Shown here: one piece after another, positions 29,264 through 39,623 of the stretch
Layout: each line of letters starts with the position of its first letter
How positions within the stretch are numbered: position 1 is the stretch's first letter
From: an uncultured virus (IMG/VR IMGVR_UViG_3300036770_007242)
Taxonomy: Duplodnaviria > Heunggongvirae > Uroviricota > Caudoviricetes
IMG/VR virus record: IMGVR_UViG_3300036770_007242
Length of the DNA stretch: 64,000 bases
Direction: 5' to 3' (one strand)
Notes under the pieces: generated by a model
What the model was told of the DNA's origin: nothing
Seen by the model: the letters and a program-made list of their open reading frames with translations, nothing else
The model's database searches: none
Made by a program: the position numbers and the translations under genes

Positions 29264-30472
29264 ATGACAACACGTTTTAATGTTCCTTATTTAGAAGGCA
29301 AAGAACAGTTAGATACTGGTTATGATCTTCAAAACAATGATCCTTCTACATTTTTCATACCTTCTTGCGGTATAGAAGATGTAGACGGAGCAATGCACGC
29401 TTTGTTCGATAAAGATATTCCATTTCAAACATATCAAATCAACACAAGCTATGAAAAAGAAATAAACCTTAAGAAACCTTTTGTGATATTAGCAACAGGT
29501 GAAAGGTTTGCCCTTGCAAAGCGTTTAAAGCCTTTTAGAGACAGGAACGGAGTTCTATTACTCCCAGCTATATCAATTCGTAGAACAACGATTGAACAAG
29601 CTTCTGGTGACACTTTTGTTGGTGAACTAACAATCAAACGTAGACTAGATGAATCTGATAAAGATTATCAGTCATTGATTAATCGCTTGCTTTTAAAGAA
29701 TGTGCCAAATCCTCCAGATACCTTAAGAGGAAACAAAGGTGAAAACGAAAACGATCCATCTATACGTGAAGGAATGCTTTTAGATGACAGAACAAAACGT
29801 CTAAGAGCCGATCACATATATGAGATTATTGCAATACCTTTTCCTCAGTTTTTTACAGTAACATATGAGATTGTGTTTTGGACCAACTACACACAACACA
29901 TGAACTATATTTTAGAAACATTATTGGCTAGTCAAATTGTTCCCGGCAAAGGCTTTTATCTCAAAAGTGATAAAGGCTATTGGTTTTCTGCAACCATGGA
30001 CAACAGCTTAACAGCACAAGATAACTTTGATGATATTACCGATGCTGAAAGATTAATCAAATACACCTGCAACATAAGCGTAAGAGGTTATTTGTTGGCA
30101 CCAAATGCTCCAGGTCAAAGAGTTCCATTCAAGCGTTATCTTTCAAATGTTAATATATCATTTGAAACATATACTGCTGAAGGGAATGTATTGCTGCAAC
30201 CTGAGATTGACAGATATAACGAAACCAAGAACGACTTTACAAAGGAAAATCCTTTTATTTTAACTGATATTGAGCAAGACCCGGCAACCAAACAAAAGCC
30301 AACCGAGCAAGAAAAGCTTATTTTTGAACGAACTTATCGTGATCCAAACAATCAAAACATCAAGCAAACAAAGTATGTGAAACAAATGGCTAACAATCAA
30401 AAGCAAGGTGAGACGGTGTATACCGCTTCTGACCAGCAAGCTTTGTTTGATTTCTTTGCTGATAACAAGTGA
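29264..30472 (+). CDS. tail terminator / sheath stabiliser (gp15-like)
   Basis: LPAISIRR, P.F.TVTYE..FWT....MN.ILE, synteny before sheath. Confidence 0.7.
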   Translation: MTTRFNVPYLEGKEQLDTGYDLQNNDPSTFFIPSCGIEDVDGAMHALFDKDIPFQTYQINTSYEKEINLKKPFVILATGERFALAKRLKPFRDRNGVLLLPAISIRRTTIEQASGDTFVGELTIKRRLDESDKDYQSLINRLLLKNVPNPPDTLRGNKGENENDPSIREGMLLDDRTKRLRADHIYEIIAIPFPQFFTVTYEIVFWTNYTQHMNYILETLLASQIVPGKGFYLKSDKGYWFSATMDNSLTAQDNFDDITDAERLIKYTCNISVRGYLLAPNAPGQRVPFKRYLSNVNISFETYTAEGNVLLQPEIDRYNETKNDFTKENPFILTDIEQDPATKQKPTEQEKLIFERTYRDPNNQNIKQTKYVKQMANNQKQGETVYTASDQQALFDFFADNK

Positions 30473-30543
30473 ACAAAGGGAAACAGGTTTTCTGTATCTA
30501 TTTATGCCGTAGAACTTTCACAACCGTAAAGTGAGGAAACAAT

Positions 30544-33500
30544 ATGCCAGAAACAGTATTAAAAGCACCTAATTATTTTGACCGTGAGTTCGATTTAACC
30601 GAACGCACTATTCCTGTAGGTGGTACTCCTGCAACAGTTATTGGTGGTGCAGAAAAAGGCCCAGCATTCGTACCTGTAACTCTTGGAAGTTACACCGACT
30701 TTGCTAACAAGTTTGGCAACGTAAATCCAAAGTTCGCTGGAACATATGGAGCAAAAGCATTCTTGGATGCAAAAGGAAGTGAACTTGCATCAGTTAACTA
30801 TATTCGTGTTCTTGGATGTGGTGCTAACAGCAGCGAAGCAGATATTTCATCAACAGAAACAGAAGGTACTGTTGTAAATGCTGGCATGAAAGTTGTTGGC
30901 AGTGGTCTTACATTCGTTTCTGGGGCTCTTCAAGGCCGTGTCCAGTTTCTTGTTGGAAAACATTTTGTGCAACCAAACGAAGTGTTTGGCATGCCTGACT
31001 TCACCAACAACTCCAGCTATACTGTAAGCGGTTTTACTCCAGACAACGACACAGTAAATCTTGTTCGTGCAGTATTGTTTACTACTCCAGATTCACGCTT
31101 TCTTGTTCTTAGCGGTGCCGTGGATTCTGGTGGCGTTTACGACAACACATTAGCAGCTTCTGGTGGTGGTACAAACGAGGCCGCTCAAGTAGGCACAGAA
31201 GGACCAATGACCGGTCTATTCAAGCTTATACTGTCATGTTCAGCAGGTTCTACCTTTTCGTCAGATGACGGTTTCGCAGGTCTTAAAATCTTCTCTGCCT
31301 CTTTGGACCCAAGCTCAACACAATATGTTGGTAAAATCCTAAACACAAACCCAGAAGACTTTGCTTCAAAGAAGCATCTTCTTTATCTTGACTATGCTGT
31401 TGACGCAGAAGTTGCAACATTGTCAGCAAGCAACTCTGTTCCAACTGTTGCAGTGCTGTCTGGTTCAAGCAACACAAACACCTCTGGCCACACATTTAGT
31501 GAAGCATTTGGTTATTACAACACACGTTATACAACACCAAAAACACCATACTTTATTTCACAACCTTTTGGTGGAATCGAATACGATCTATTCTATGTAG
31601 AAAGCCGTGATGACGGTGAATATGCCAACAGTAGATACAAGGTAAGCATTTCAAATCTACAAGCTTCAACTAACCCATCTACAAAGTATGGCTCATTCAC
31701 ATTGTCTGTTAGAGTGTTCAATGATACTGATGCAGAGCCACAAATCCTAGAACAATTTAATAACCTTTCTCTTGATCCAAACAGTGCAAACTATGTGGTT
31801 AGAGCAATCGGTGATAAGCGTACTCAGTTTAACTTTGATGCAGTAGATTCAGATGATCGTGGCCTTATTGTTCTTGGCAAGTATGGCAATCGCAGCAGAT
31901 TTATTCGTGTTGTTCCAAGCTCACAACTAGAAAGTGACGAAGTGCCAGAACTAGCTCTTCCATTCGGTTTCCGTGGCCACCAAATGCTTCTTACAAACGT
32001 TGGATTAAACGATCAAGTTGGTACTCTGGCACCCACACTATCACGTATTACAGGTGTTTCTTCCAGTACTGTTGGTGGTGGGGCTCTTCTATCAGGATCA
32101 ATCGTTCCTCCAGTTCCATATCGTTTTACAATCACACGTAACCCACTAACAGCATCAGGAACAACCTTTGGTGCTCCAGGTGCACAAACAGTGCTTGATG
32201 GCCGTCTATATTGGGGAGTTAAATTTGAACGCAACAACAATAACGTTTTAAACGCAAACGTTAATGCTGAGATCAATCCAATCATTGAAAACTTTACAAG
32301 GTTTTCTGGCATTCAAAAACAAGAAGTACTAACCACTGGTTCTGCTTCTGACGTTTTGAATGACAACAAATTCTCTCTTGCAAGAGTTGCTTTGGATGCA
32401 ACTTCAATGGCAACAGTTGCATCAACAGACGTACCAACCCTAATGAAGTCTGCTGCATATCTTCGTAATGCAACAATTGATCCATCAACATATGCTGCAA
32501 CAAACTTTAGCAACCGTTTGACCTTTGCATCTCTACTAAACAGTGGCAGTGCAGTGCAGTTTAACAACTTCTCAAATTATGCTAAGTTTACCACATTCAT
32601 GCAAGGTGGCTGGGATGGTGTAAACATCTTTGACAAGCAAGCAGCTAGATTCACTGACCAATCAACTTCTACAGAAGCTGGTACAGGTGGTGTATATGGC
32701 CTTGCAAATGCAAGCTATGTTTCTCCTGGCGCACCTGCTCTAACAAACTACACAGGTGTTGGATCTGCAAACCAAAACGTTGTTGCATATCGTACAGCAC
32801 TTGATGTTGCAACCAATCCAAGCATTGCAAACAACAATATTCTTCTGGCTCCCGGTCAACGTGATCCACTAGTTACAAACTATGCTCTAGAGAAAAATCT
32901 CTCATACGGTTTGAGCTTCTATCTCCTAGACATTCAACCATATGACAAAGATAGTGTTCGTATCTTTGATGGTGAATCAAACAAATACATTTCTGTTGGC
33001 AAAACCACAAATGCATTTTTGAATCGTTCGCTGGACAACAATGCTGCGGCGGCTTACTTCCCAAACATCGTTATTGATGACACAGTAAACACTCGCCGTG
33101 TACAACTCCCAGCTTCTGTTGCAGCAGTTTCTGCACTAAGCTACAACGACCGTGTTAAGTTCCCATGGTTTGCTCCCGCAGGTTTTGATCGTGGTTCTCT
33201 AAACTTTGTTCTTCTAACATCGATTAGACTCAACCAAACAGATCGTAACACACTTTACGATGCCAACATTAACCCAATCGTGAAGTTCCCCGGTGCCAAC
33301 TATGTGTTCTTCTCACAAAACACATTGCAACAAGCAGAAAGTGCTTTGGAAAGCATCAACGTCAAACGCATGGTTCTAGAAATTAAGCGTCAAATTGTTG
33401 CAATTGGTAACCGCTTGATATTTGAACAAAACACTCCAGCACTTCGTACACGTTTTGTTAGCGAAGCTTCTTTGGTACTTTCAACTGTTCAACTTCAACA

Positions 33501-33660
33501 AGGTATCGAACAGTTTGCAGTAATCTGCGATAATCGCAACAACACAACAGAAGATGTAAACAGCAACCGTATGAATGCACAAATCAGAGTGCTTCCAACA
33601 AGAGCAATCGAATACATTGTCCTGGACTTCGTTGTTCTTCCATCAGGAGTTAGTATCTAG
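30544..33660 (+). CDS. tail sheath protein 1
   Basis: REFD, KGPAFVP, PWFAPAGFDRG, LYDANINPI, INVKR, PTRAIEYI. Confidence 0.93.
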   Translation: MPETVLKAPNYFDREFDLTERTIPVGGTPATVIGGAEKGPAFVPVTLGSYTDFANKFGNVNPKFAGTYGAKAFLDAKGSELASVNYIRVLGCGANSSEADISSTETEGTVVNAGMKVVGSGLTFVSGALQGRVQFLVGKHFVQPNEVFGMPDFTNNSSYTVSGFTPDNDTVNLVRAVLFTTPDSRFLVLSGAVDSGGVYDNTLAASGGGTNEAAQVGTEGPMTGLFKLILSCSAGSTFSSDDGFAGLKIFSASLDPSSTQYVGKILNTNPEDFASKKHLLYLDYAVDAEVATLSASNSVPTVAVLSGSSNTNTSGHTFSEAFGYYNTRYTTPKTPYFISQPFGGIEYDLFYVESRDDGEYANSRYKVSISNLQASTNPSTKYGSFTLSVRVFNDTDAEPQILEQFNNLSLDPNSANYVVRAIGDKRTQFNFDAVDSDDRGLIVLGKYGNRSRFIRVVPSSQLESDEVPELALPFGFRGHQMLLTNVGLNDQVGTLAPTLSRITGVSSSTVGGGALLSGSIVPPVPYRFTITRNPLTASGTTFGAPGAQTVLDGRLYWGVKFERNNNNVLNANVNAEINPIIENFTRFSGIQKQEVLTTGSASDVLNDNKFSLARVALDATSMATVASTDVPTLMKSAAYLRNATIDPSTYAATNFSNRLTFASLLNSGSAVQFNNFSNYAKFTTFMQGGWDGVNIFDKQAARFTDQSTSTEAGTGGVYGLANASYVSPGAPALTNYTGVGSANQNVVAYRTALDVATNPSIANNNILLAPGQRDPLVTNYALEKNLSYGLSFYLLDIQPYDKDSVRIFDGESNKYISVGKTTNAFLNRSLDNNAAAAYFPNIVIDDTVNTRRVQLPASVAAVSALSYNDRVKFPWFAPAGFDRGSLNFVLLTSIRLNQTDRNTLYDANINPIVKFPGANYVFFSQNTLQQAESALESINVKRMVLEIKRQIVAIGNRLIFEQNTPALRTRFVSEASLVLSTVQLQQGIEQFAVICDNRNNTTEDVNSNRMNAQIRVLPTRAIEYIVLDFVVLPSGVSI

Positions 33661-33700
33661 TTTGTAAAACGTTACCTAAATACAGTTAATCAACTGAAAT

Positions 33701-33734
33701 AAAAACTGCTGCTGAAAGGCAGCAGTTTTTTTTT
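33701..33734 (+). terminator. intrinsic terminator
   Basis: AAAAACTGCTGC-TGAAAG-GCAGCAGTTTTTTTTT. Confidence 0.85.
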
Positions 33735-33777
33735 GTTCTTCTATTTATCGTTAACGTTTGATATACGGAGACAAAAC

Positions 33778-36700
33778 ATGGCACTACTAAGCCCCGGCGT
33801 ACTAGCTAGAGAATTTGATATAAGTCAACCAAGAACAGTGTCACCTTCTGGTGTACCTGCCATGGTCATTTCAACAACTGTTAAAGGACCAGCATTTGTA
33901 CCTACCATGGTTACAACACTATCACAATATGTGTCAGTATTTGGTGGAGTAAATGCCAATACACCACTAGGATATCTTTCTGCAAGAGAATGGTTTAGCA
34001 ACACAGGCGTACCACTCATGCAAGTAAGAGTTCTTGGTGCCGGACAAGGCTTAGCACGAAATGCCAACGGCACTGTAACAGATGCAGGTTTTGTTGTTGG
34101 AGCCCAACAGCCCAGTGGAAGTGCTGGTGCTCTTGGTGATAACGTTTTTGCAAATGCAACAGGTGTAACCGGTTCCGTGTATATGCTTGGTTGCTTTATG
34201 AGCGAATCAGTAGATTCAACATATCTTTCTGATGCTGGATTGCAGTCGGACACAACAGCTGTACCAATTGTTCGTGGTGTATTGTTTGCTCCATCAGGAG
34301 TTGTTCTTCGTTTGTCTTCAGCAGCACAAACATCAGATGCTCCAGCTTCAAGTTTTGTTGCAACAGAATCTAGTTTTAATGGTGCATTTACTGGTTCAGT
34401 TGATTTAAGTGCTGGTGGCCAAAGCTTTGTGATGTTGCTTAACGGTCATAAAGGTACAGATACACGCTATCCAAACGTACTCACAGCGAGCTTTGACCCA
34501 CAAGCTGCAAACTACTTCCCCAGCGTATTCAATACCGATCCACTTAAAACACAACAAGCCGGTCACTTGCTATATGCAAACTTTGACATTTATTCTTCCA
34601 TTGCTGTACCAACTGGCTCTGGTGTAATCGTAGCTGACTCTGGTTCTGCATATGGCACAAAACAAAACATTGCATTCCTTGTTCCTTCTTCTGGTTCAGA
34701 TGCAACTCACACATCAAACGTTGGTTCAGCCATTACACCAAACTTTGAAGACTTCCAAGATCGTTATGGACACGCTTTCTCACCTTGGGTTATCTCTCAA
34801 GGATTTGGTGGAGTACCACAAAACCTTTTCCGTTTTCATCACCTTTCAGATGGTGAAGCAAGCAATGGTGATGTAAAAATTTCTATCATCAACATTCAAC
34901 CCGGCACAGGAACACAGCCATATGGTGTGTTCACAGTTCTTGTTAGAGCAATGAATTCATTGGATAGCGATGGTGCTTTGGAAACCTTTACAAACTGCTC
35001 ACTCGATCCAACTTCACCAAACTATATTGCAAGAAAAATCGGTAACTCAAACACATTCTTTAACTTTGATACAGACACAGCTTCTCAAAAAGTAACAACT
35101 GATGGATCATATCCAAACAACTCACGTTATGTTCGTGTTGAAATTGCAGATGCAGTAGACTCTGGTGATATTGATCCATCAGCTGTACCATTCGGATTCC
35201 GTGGACCACAACACCTTGTAACTCAAGGTTCAAGTTCACTCTACAATATCAAGCAAGGTGATTTACTAAACCCAGCTTTCCCATACTACTCAACTGCTGC
35301 TGGTGGTTCTGGTGGTGGTGTACCTCTTTACAAGGCATCACAACCACCTGTACCAATGCGTTTAAACCTTAAGAAGTTAGCTGCATCTTCTGGTGTTGAT
35401 ACAGGTCTTTACTGGGGTGTGCAGTTTCAAAACGTAACAAGCGTTAGCGATCCAAATGGTAGTTCAATCTTCAATCCAAGCTTACTTGGATACAGCAGAT
35501 ACTTCCCAAACCTTGAAGGTTCAACAGACGTACAACCAGCAGTGTTTGATAACAACGGTGCCGCTACCACAACAGCAAACGGTATCATTGACTCTGACTT
35601 GTTTAACAACAATCTTTTCTCTCTAGAGAAAGTCAAGATTGTTACAGGTTCTGGTGATCGTCCAAACACAAGCACAACAGCTCTTCTAAGCTGGAGTTAT
35701 GTACGTGCTGGTGGCATCGCTGCTGACGAAGCAACAAAAACAAGAGCATTGGCTGTTGATGACCTTGTAGAAAATGCAGCTGTACAATCACTTGCCAAGT
35801 TCAGCTTTTATCTAGAACGTGGCTTTGATGGTGTAAGAATCTTTGACCAAGATACACGTTATCTTAAGAATGCAGCCGTTGCTCAAGAAATCACACAAAC
35901 AACCCGTGGACTTACAAACGGGCCAACCGTACAAAGCTACATGAAGAGCATTGGGATTATCTCAGATGTTAACGATGTAAGCATTCAACTTCTAACAATC
36001 CCTGGAATTCGTGTTCGTTATGTAACCGACACAGCAATCAATGCTGTAGAAAATGATCGCTTTGATTGCTTCTACATCATGGACCCAGAACAATATGATG
36101 TTAATGGAACATCTATTACAGGTTCATACGAAACTGTAAACGTTTCACAAACAGCACAAGCATTCGTTGACCGTGGAGTTAACAGCAGCTTTGCAGCAGC
36201 TTACTTCCCAGACGTAAACATTCTTGGACCAACTGGTGTTGTATATGAAAAAATGCCACCATCTGTTGCAGTTCTTGGTGCATATGCTAAGAACGATACA
36301 GTTGGTCAGCCATTCAACGCTCCAGCAGGCTTTACAAGAGGCACACTAACCAACGTAACAGATTTTGCTGTTGCTCTTAACCAAGCCAACTCTGACACCC
36401 TTTACGTGGCAAGACTGAACCTTCTACTTTCCAAGCAAGGTGTTGGTCCAGTTGTGTGGGGTCAAAAGACTCTACTCAACAAAGACAGCTTGCTTAACAG
36501 AGTTAACGTAAGAAGACTTTTGATTGCAATTCGTCGTGATGTACGTCAAGTTGCAACACGCTTCTTGTTCGAGCCAGCACAACAAGCTACACTTTCTGCC
36601 TTTAATGCTGCTGTTCAACCAATCATGGCACGTTATCAAGCAGCTGGTGGTGTAGAAAGATACAGAGTTGTTATTGACTCAACAACCACAACACAAGCAG

Positions 36701-36810
36701 ACCTTGATAACAAAACTCTACGTGGCAAGATTTATCTAATCCCAACCACATCCCTAGAGTTCTTCACAATCGACTTCTTCGTAACCAACCGTGATAGTTT
36801 TGTCGGGTAG
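33778..36810 (+). CDS. tail sheath protein 2 (paralogue)
   Basis: GGAG RBS, then MALLSPGV.AREFD, KGPAFVP, APAGFTRG, VWGQKTL, RVNVRRL. Confidence 0.93.
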   Translation: MALLSPGVLAREFDISQPRTVSPSGVPAMVISTTVKGPAFVPTMVTTLSQYVSVFGGVNANTPLGYLSAREWFSNTGVPLMQVRVLGAGQGLARNANGTVTDAGFVVGAQQPSGSAGALGDNVFANATGVTGSVYMLGCFMSESVDSTYLSDAGLQSDTTAVPIVRGVLFAPSGVVLRLSSAAQTSDAPASSFVATESSFNGAFTGSVDLSAGGQSFVMLLNGHKGTDTRYPNVLTASFDPQAANYFPSVFNTDPLKTQQAGHLLYANFDIYSSIAVPTGSGVIVADSGSAYGTKQNIAFLVPSSGSDATHTSNVGSAITPNFEDFQDRYGHAFSPWVISQGFGGVPQNLFRFHHLSDGEASNGDVKISIINIQPGTGTQPYGVFTVLVRAMNSLDSDGALETFTNCSLDPTSPNYIARKIGNSNTFFNFDTDTASQKVTTDGSYPNNSRYVRVEIADAVDSGDIDPSAVPFGFRGPQHLVTQGSSSLYNIKQGDLLNPAFPYYSTAAGGSGGGVPLYKASQPPVPMRLNLKKLAASSGVDTGLYWGVQFQNVTSVSDPNGSSIFNPSLLGYSRYFPNLEGSTDVQPAVFDNNGAATTTANGIIDSDLFNNNLFSLEKVKIVTGSGDRPNTSTTALLSWSYVRAGGIAADEATKTRALAVDDLVENAAVQSLAKFSFYLERGFDGVRIFDQDTRYLKNAAVAQEITQTTRGLTNGPTVQSYMKSIGIISDVNDVSIQLLTIPGIRVRYVTDTAINAVENDRFDCFYIMDPEQYDVNGTSITGSYETVNVSQTAQAFVDRGVNSSFAAAYFPDVNILGPTGVVYEKMPPSVAVLGAYAKNDTVGQPFNAPAGFTRGTLTNVTDFAVALNQANSDTLYVARLNLLLSKQGVGPVVWGQKTLLNKDSLLNRVNVRRLLIAIRRDVRQVATRFLFEPAQQATLSAFNAAVQPIMARYQAAGGVERYRVVIDSTTTTQADLDNKTLRGKIYLIPTTSLEFFTIDFFVTNRDSFVG

Positions 36811-36875
36811 TTTATAAAGAGCAAAAACAATAAAGATTCATATTTACCAGATAAGCAAACTAGGAGTTAACTAAA

Positions 36876-37367
36876 ATGGCACAAACACTATCAGTCACAG
36901 AAATGCTTCCGGCCAAGTTTACACCAATGATGAAACGTCAGTTTATCTTCGCTATCGAAGGTATTGACGCATTCTTGGTAAAAACAGCAGCCCGTCCAGA
37001 AATCACCACCGAAGAAGTTACAATCAACTGGATTAACAGCACACGTTATGTTGCTGGTAAAACAACCTTCGGCACTCTCGCTGTAACCCTACACGATCCA
37101 ATCGCTCCATCCGGCGCACAACAAGTAATGGAATGGGTTCGTCTTTGCTTTGAATCTGTCTCAGGACGTGCTGGTTATCCAGACTTCTATAAGCGTGACA
37201 TTCAACTCAAGATGCTTGATCCAGTTGGTACAGTTATTCAACTCTGGGATATCAAAGGAGCTTTCTGCACAACAGCAGGTTTCGGTGATCTCTCATACGA
37301 TAGCACAGCAGACATGGCCGAAATCTCTCTCACAATTCGCTTTGATAACTGCGTCATGCAATATTAG
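36876..37367 (+). CDS. tail tube protein (gp19-like)
   Basis: RYVAGK..F..L..DPI, YKRDI.L..LDP.G.....W...G, EISLTIRFD. Confidence 0.9.
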   Translation: MAQTLSVTEMLPAKFTPMMKRQFIFAIEGIDAFLVKTAARPEITTEEVTINWINSTRYVAGKTTFGTLAVTLHDPIAPSGAQQVMEWVRLCFESVSGRAGYPDFYKRDIQLKMLDPVGTVIQLWDIKGAFCTTAGFGDLSYDSTADMAEISLTIRFDNCVMQY

Positions 37368-37383
37368 TACGCATTTATCGAAT

Positions 37384-37418
37384 CATGTGGTATACTTATT
37401 AAAGAGGTATACCACATG
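37384..37418 (+). promoter_or_regulatory. hairpin occluding the HNH start codon, with late-promoter motif inside
   Basis: CATGTGGTATAC / GTATACCACATG perfect 12-bp inverted repeat. TACTTA at 37393-37398. Confidence 0.75.
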
Positions 37419-38273
37419 TTTTCTTGCCCAATTTGCCCGCAACATTACTCTGAACTAATCTCTCTTTCGGTACACTACCGAAAACAACACAAAAAAACTT
37501 CTCAAGATTTATACGTTTCTTTATTCTGCAATAACGTCATTCCACTTTGTAAGTGTGGATGTGGAACGCAGGTAAAATTTCTGGATATTACGCAGGGTTT
37601 TCGTGAATACAAACTCGGACATGCTTCTCGTGTAGCGAATAATTTTCAAACCGAAAAATCTAGATCGAACTCTAAAAGTGCTCGACGGAAAATGCTAGAA
37701 GATGGTAGTTGGAAACCATTTGTGACAAAAGAAACAGGAGAGCACTGGAGTAAAGGTTTAACTAAAGAAACGGATGAGCGTATTCGAAAGATGGCTGACA
37801 CTGTTTCTCTACCTGAAGAGAGTGCTCGTCGGTCAGAGAGAATGAGAAGGAACAGACTCAATGGAGTTGTACGAACATTGCACAAAGAGGAACATTCACA
37901 GTGGAAAGGTGGAGTAACAAGTCTTCTAAGTTATTGTCATTCGAACAAAAAACTTTTTACTGAATGGAAATATCCCAAACTATTAAAATCAAACTTTTCA
38001 TGCGAAAAATGTGGAGCTTCTAGAGATGCCAACCCCAGACCATTATTAGAAGTACATCACGATAAACAGCGAATGTCTGAGATCGTAAGGTATATTGCAC
38101 AAACATTCGGCTGGAAGGATCATTATGCAACAACTCCAACCGATTCAGAAAGTATAGAGATGAAAGAAAAAATCTCTGATGCTGTTGCTGTATATCATAT
38201 CGAAAACAATATTAGCGGAATCGTTCTTTGTCAGGAGTGTCATAAAGCCATACACAACAAACATAATCTTTAA
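37416..38273 (+). mobile_element. free-standing HNH homing endonuclease gene with Zn-finger N-terminus
   Basis: CPIC..H...H, CKCGCG, WKGG, CEKCG..LEVHH..CQECH...H. Confidence 0.85.
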
Positions 38274-38285
38274 GTGAAAGTATAC

Positions 38286-38308
38286 TTCGACAACTGCGTA
38301 CACAATAC
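38286..38308 (+). pseudogene. relic copy of the tail tube 3' end
   Basis: TTC GAC AAC TGC GTA ca CAA TAC versus TTT GAT AAC TGC GTC ATG CAA TAT. Confidence 0.75.
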
Positions 38309-38340
38309 ACAGTTATCAGTTTACAAAGTTAGAAACACTG

Positions 38341-38373
38341 GAAATAAAGCCAATTTTAAATTGGCTTTATTTC
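38341..38373. terminator. 16-bp perfect inverted repeat, likely the original tail tube terminator
   Basis: GAAATAAAGCCAATTT-T-AAATTGGCTTTATTTC. Confidence 0.65.
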
Positions 38374-38402
38374 TTTATATTGTCATGGTTTTTTGCTATT
38401 CT
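38374..38402 (+). promoter_or_regulatory. putative early (sigma70-like) promoter
   Basis: TTTATA, 17 nt ending TGC, TATTCT. Confidence 0.55.
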
Positions 38403-38427
38403 TAATAATGAGGAAAGAGACAAAACA

Positions 38428-39285
38428 ATGGCGAATCTCAAGGTTTTTTATTCACCCAATCAAACTGTTCGTGACAACAAGAGTTATTCTCCGAGTGCTG
38501 GTAAGCCTGAGCATGTTGTAAATCAGTTTATGCGTACAGGTCGTGTTGATGTGCGTAGTGGTTGGATGCCTCTTACTCAAGATGATATTTGTCTTGCACA
38601 TGAATCTAGTTTTGTTGATGACATTCTAAATCTTCGTCAACCAAACGGATTTGGTAACAAGTTGGCTTCTGTAGCTTCTAGCTTGCCTTATACAGCCGGT
38701 AGTTTCTTTCGTGCGGCTGAGTATGCCTTGGAAAATAAGACGGCTGCAATGAGCCCTACAAGCGGTTTCCATCATAGTGGATATAACAGTTGTCATGGTT
38801 TTTGTACGTTTAATGGACTTATGATTGCTGCAATGCTGCTGTGGCAAAATCATGGCGTTAACAAGATTGGGATTATCGATTTCGACGCTCATTATGGTGA
38901 TGGTACCGAAGATATTATCAAGAGTATTGATGGTGCACGGGATGTTATTGAGCATCTAACGTTTGGTGCTTTTGCTAGGATTGGAATGAATTTTGATCGT
39001 TGGCTTGACCGTCTTGAAGCTGATTTGATTGAAAAGTTTCATGGTTGTGATATTTTGTTTTACCAAGCTGGAGCTGATCCTCATATTGATGATCCTCTTG
39101 GTGGATACCTTACCACCGAGCAGATGAAGCGTCGTGATGATATTGTTTTTAAGGTTGCGAAGAGGCTTAACAAGCCTATTGTGTGGAATCTTGCTGGTGG
39201 TTATCAACATCCGTTGCAAAATGTGTTGGATATTCACAACAACACCTTGCAAGCTTGTTTGGAGCATTATATCGATGCAACGTAA
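38428..39285 (+). CDS. Zn-dependent histone deacetylase-family amidohydrolase
   Basis: GFHH, GFCTFN, DFDAHYGDG, YQAGADPH.DDPLG, GGY. Confidence 0.92.
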   Translation: MANLKVFYSPNQTVRDNKSYSPSAGKPEHVVNQFMRTGRVDVRSGWMPLTQDDICLAHESSFVDDILNLRQPNGFGNKLASVASSLPYTAGSFFRAAEYALENKTAAMSPTSGFHHSGYNSCHGFCTFNGLMIAAMLLWQNHGVNKIGIIDFDAHYGDGTEDIIKSIDGARDVIEHLTFGAFARIGMNFDRWLDRLEADLIEKFHGCDILFYQAGADPHIDDPLGGYLTTEQMKRRDDIVFKVAKRLNKPIVWNLAGGYQHPLQNVLDIHNNTLQACLEHYIDAT

Positions 39286-39595
39286 AAAGCGTACAGGAGA
39301 AACCTTGAAAAAGGTTTCTTGCGAAGTTTGCAGCTATAACATTCCTGCCGCTCTTCATATTCATCATATCATCCCAAGGGCTGACAAACGATGTACGAAT
39401 AACTTAAACAACCTAAGTGTTTTATGTGCCATCTGCCATAACCTTGTCCATACTGGGGATATCATCATTATTGGTGTATATCCCAGCACAAAGGGCCGAC
39501 AACTTATGTTCTTCCGTAAAGGTCAAGAGCCACCTTTAGAGCGTAAGTTCTGGAAGATATTACCAGAAGATAATCCACACGTTTTGCGGAAGTAG
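39275..39595 (+). CDS. small HNH endonuclease
   Basis: CEVC..LHIHHIIP...N...NL..LCAICH. Confidence 0.8.
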   Translation: MQRKKRTGETLKKVSCEVCSYNIPAALHIHHIIPRADKRCTNNLNNLSVLCAICHNLVHTGDIIIIGVYPSTKGRQLMFFRKGQEPPLERKFWKILPEDNPHVLRK

Positions 39596-39623
39596 CTTCA
39601 GAAGTAGCTTCTATTTATCAGTT

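Noticed and set aside
30544..37367. Bacterial contractile injection system or tailocin
   Set aside because: Linked portal, protease, capsid and replication genes indicate a genuine phage.
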